Below are positions 63,565-64,000 of a DNA stretch of 64,000 bases, one piece after another (the stretch's first letter is position 1; every line of letters begins with the position of its first letter). Below the pieces are notes generated by a model. It did not search any database, was not told the DNA's origin, and saw only the letters and a list, made by a program, of their open reading frames with translations. The position numbers were made by a program, and so were the translations under genes. Source of the DNA: Bacillota bacterium (GTDB lineage: Bacteria; Bacillota; Sulfobacillia; Sulfobacillales; Sulfobacillaceae); contig JAKACM010000012.1 in the NCBI GenBank assembly GCA_021821465.1, positions 2,069-66,068 of the forward strand, in the 5' to 3' direction.

Positions 63565-64000
63565 ATGTCTTGTCCCAGTCCGTATCCTAGTGAACCGGAT
63601 TATGCAACGTTTCTCTCCGATTATGGCTCATATATATCGGCTGCGTCATCGGGAACGGGTGTTCCGGAGTCTGCCATTGCCAGTCAATGGTATCAAGAAT
63701 GGGGAATTCCGATTAATAACCCGGCCAACCAAGGCAATTACTCCGAAGGGTTAGGGATTTTCGGTCAATGCGTTAATGGTGCGTGTGGCAGCTTGCCTAT
63801 CTTCTGCACCTTAAGCGATGGAGTCTCTGCATACATCGATCAGGTGAACTACAGCTACAATGGTGGCTCTAACGCATTGCCCAATATATACAATAGTCCG
63901 ACTAATTGGGCAGCAGCTTGGGAGAATGGTTTTGCGGGAAACCTTGTTGCCACGGAAATTCCTACGGATAATGGGTGTTCTCAAACGTCGACGAGCCGAG
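63565..64000 (+). CDS. Possible lysozyme-fold/glucosaminidase-like protein (runs off window)
   Basis: Not in the ORF track; GAGGAGG RBS; MSCPSPYPSEPDYATFLSDYGSYISAASSGTGVPESAIASQWYQEWG..NNPAN...F.TLSDGVSAY resembles the GH73 pattern; frame open to window end. Confidence 0.6.
   Translation, partial: MSCPSPYPSEPDYATFLSDYGSYISAASSGTGVPESAIASQWYQEWGIPINNPANQGNYSEGLGIFGQCVNGACGSLPIFCTLSDGVSAYIDQVNYSYNGGSNALPNIYNSPTNWAAAWENGFAGNLVATEIPTDNGCSQTSTSR

Noticed and set aside
63512-63754. 80-aa ORF in the track
   Set aside because: An overlapping frame from ATG 63565 has a strong RBS and protein-like sequence open to the window end

Overview
This 64-kb accessory-type region comes from a Gram-positive bacterium; the AGGAGG ribosome-binding sites, GlpP regulators and gene content suggest a Sulfobacillus-like Firmicute (inference). 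From left to right it holds an ECF sigma/zinc anti-sigma/ABC-2 envelope-stress operon and a LysR-MFS-hydrolase block bracketed by a ~235-bp direct repeat. Next come an IS110/IS4-like chimeric relic, an apparently complete IS1182-family element, an MFS gene with a leader-peptide attenuator, an MMPL protein and a peroxiredoxin. A Pel-like exopolysaccharide locus follows (PelF-like GT4, PelG-like membrane protein, GH135 spherulin-4, two paralogous TIM-barrel hydrolases), carrying a GEMM-I riboswitch and lying between two IS1595 relics. Further right are a LacI-glycogen debranching enzyme fusion, two sugar ABC systems with a secreted GH15, two GlpP paralogs, an IS200 tnpA, tandem secreted paralogs and a decayed IS4-like element. 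The window ends with a c-di-GMP riboswitch, a receiver-less OmpR-type winged helix, eight 11-bp repeats and a lysozyme-like gene. No rRNA, tRNA or CRISPR array was seen. All calls come from motif recognition by eye; no searches were run.
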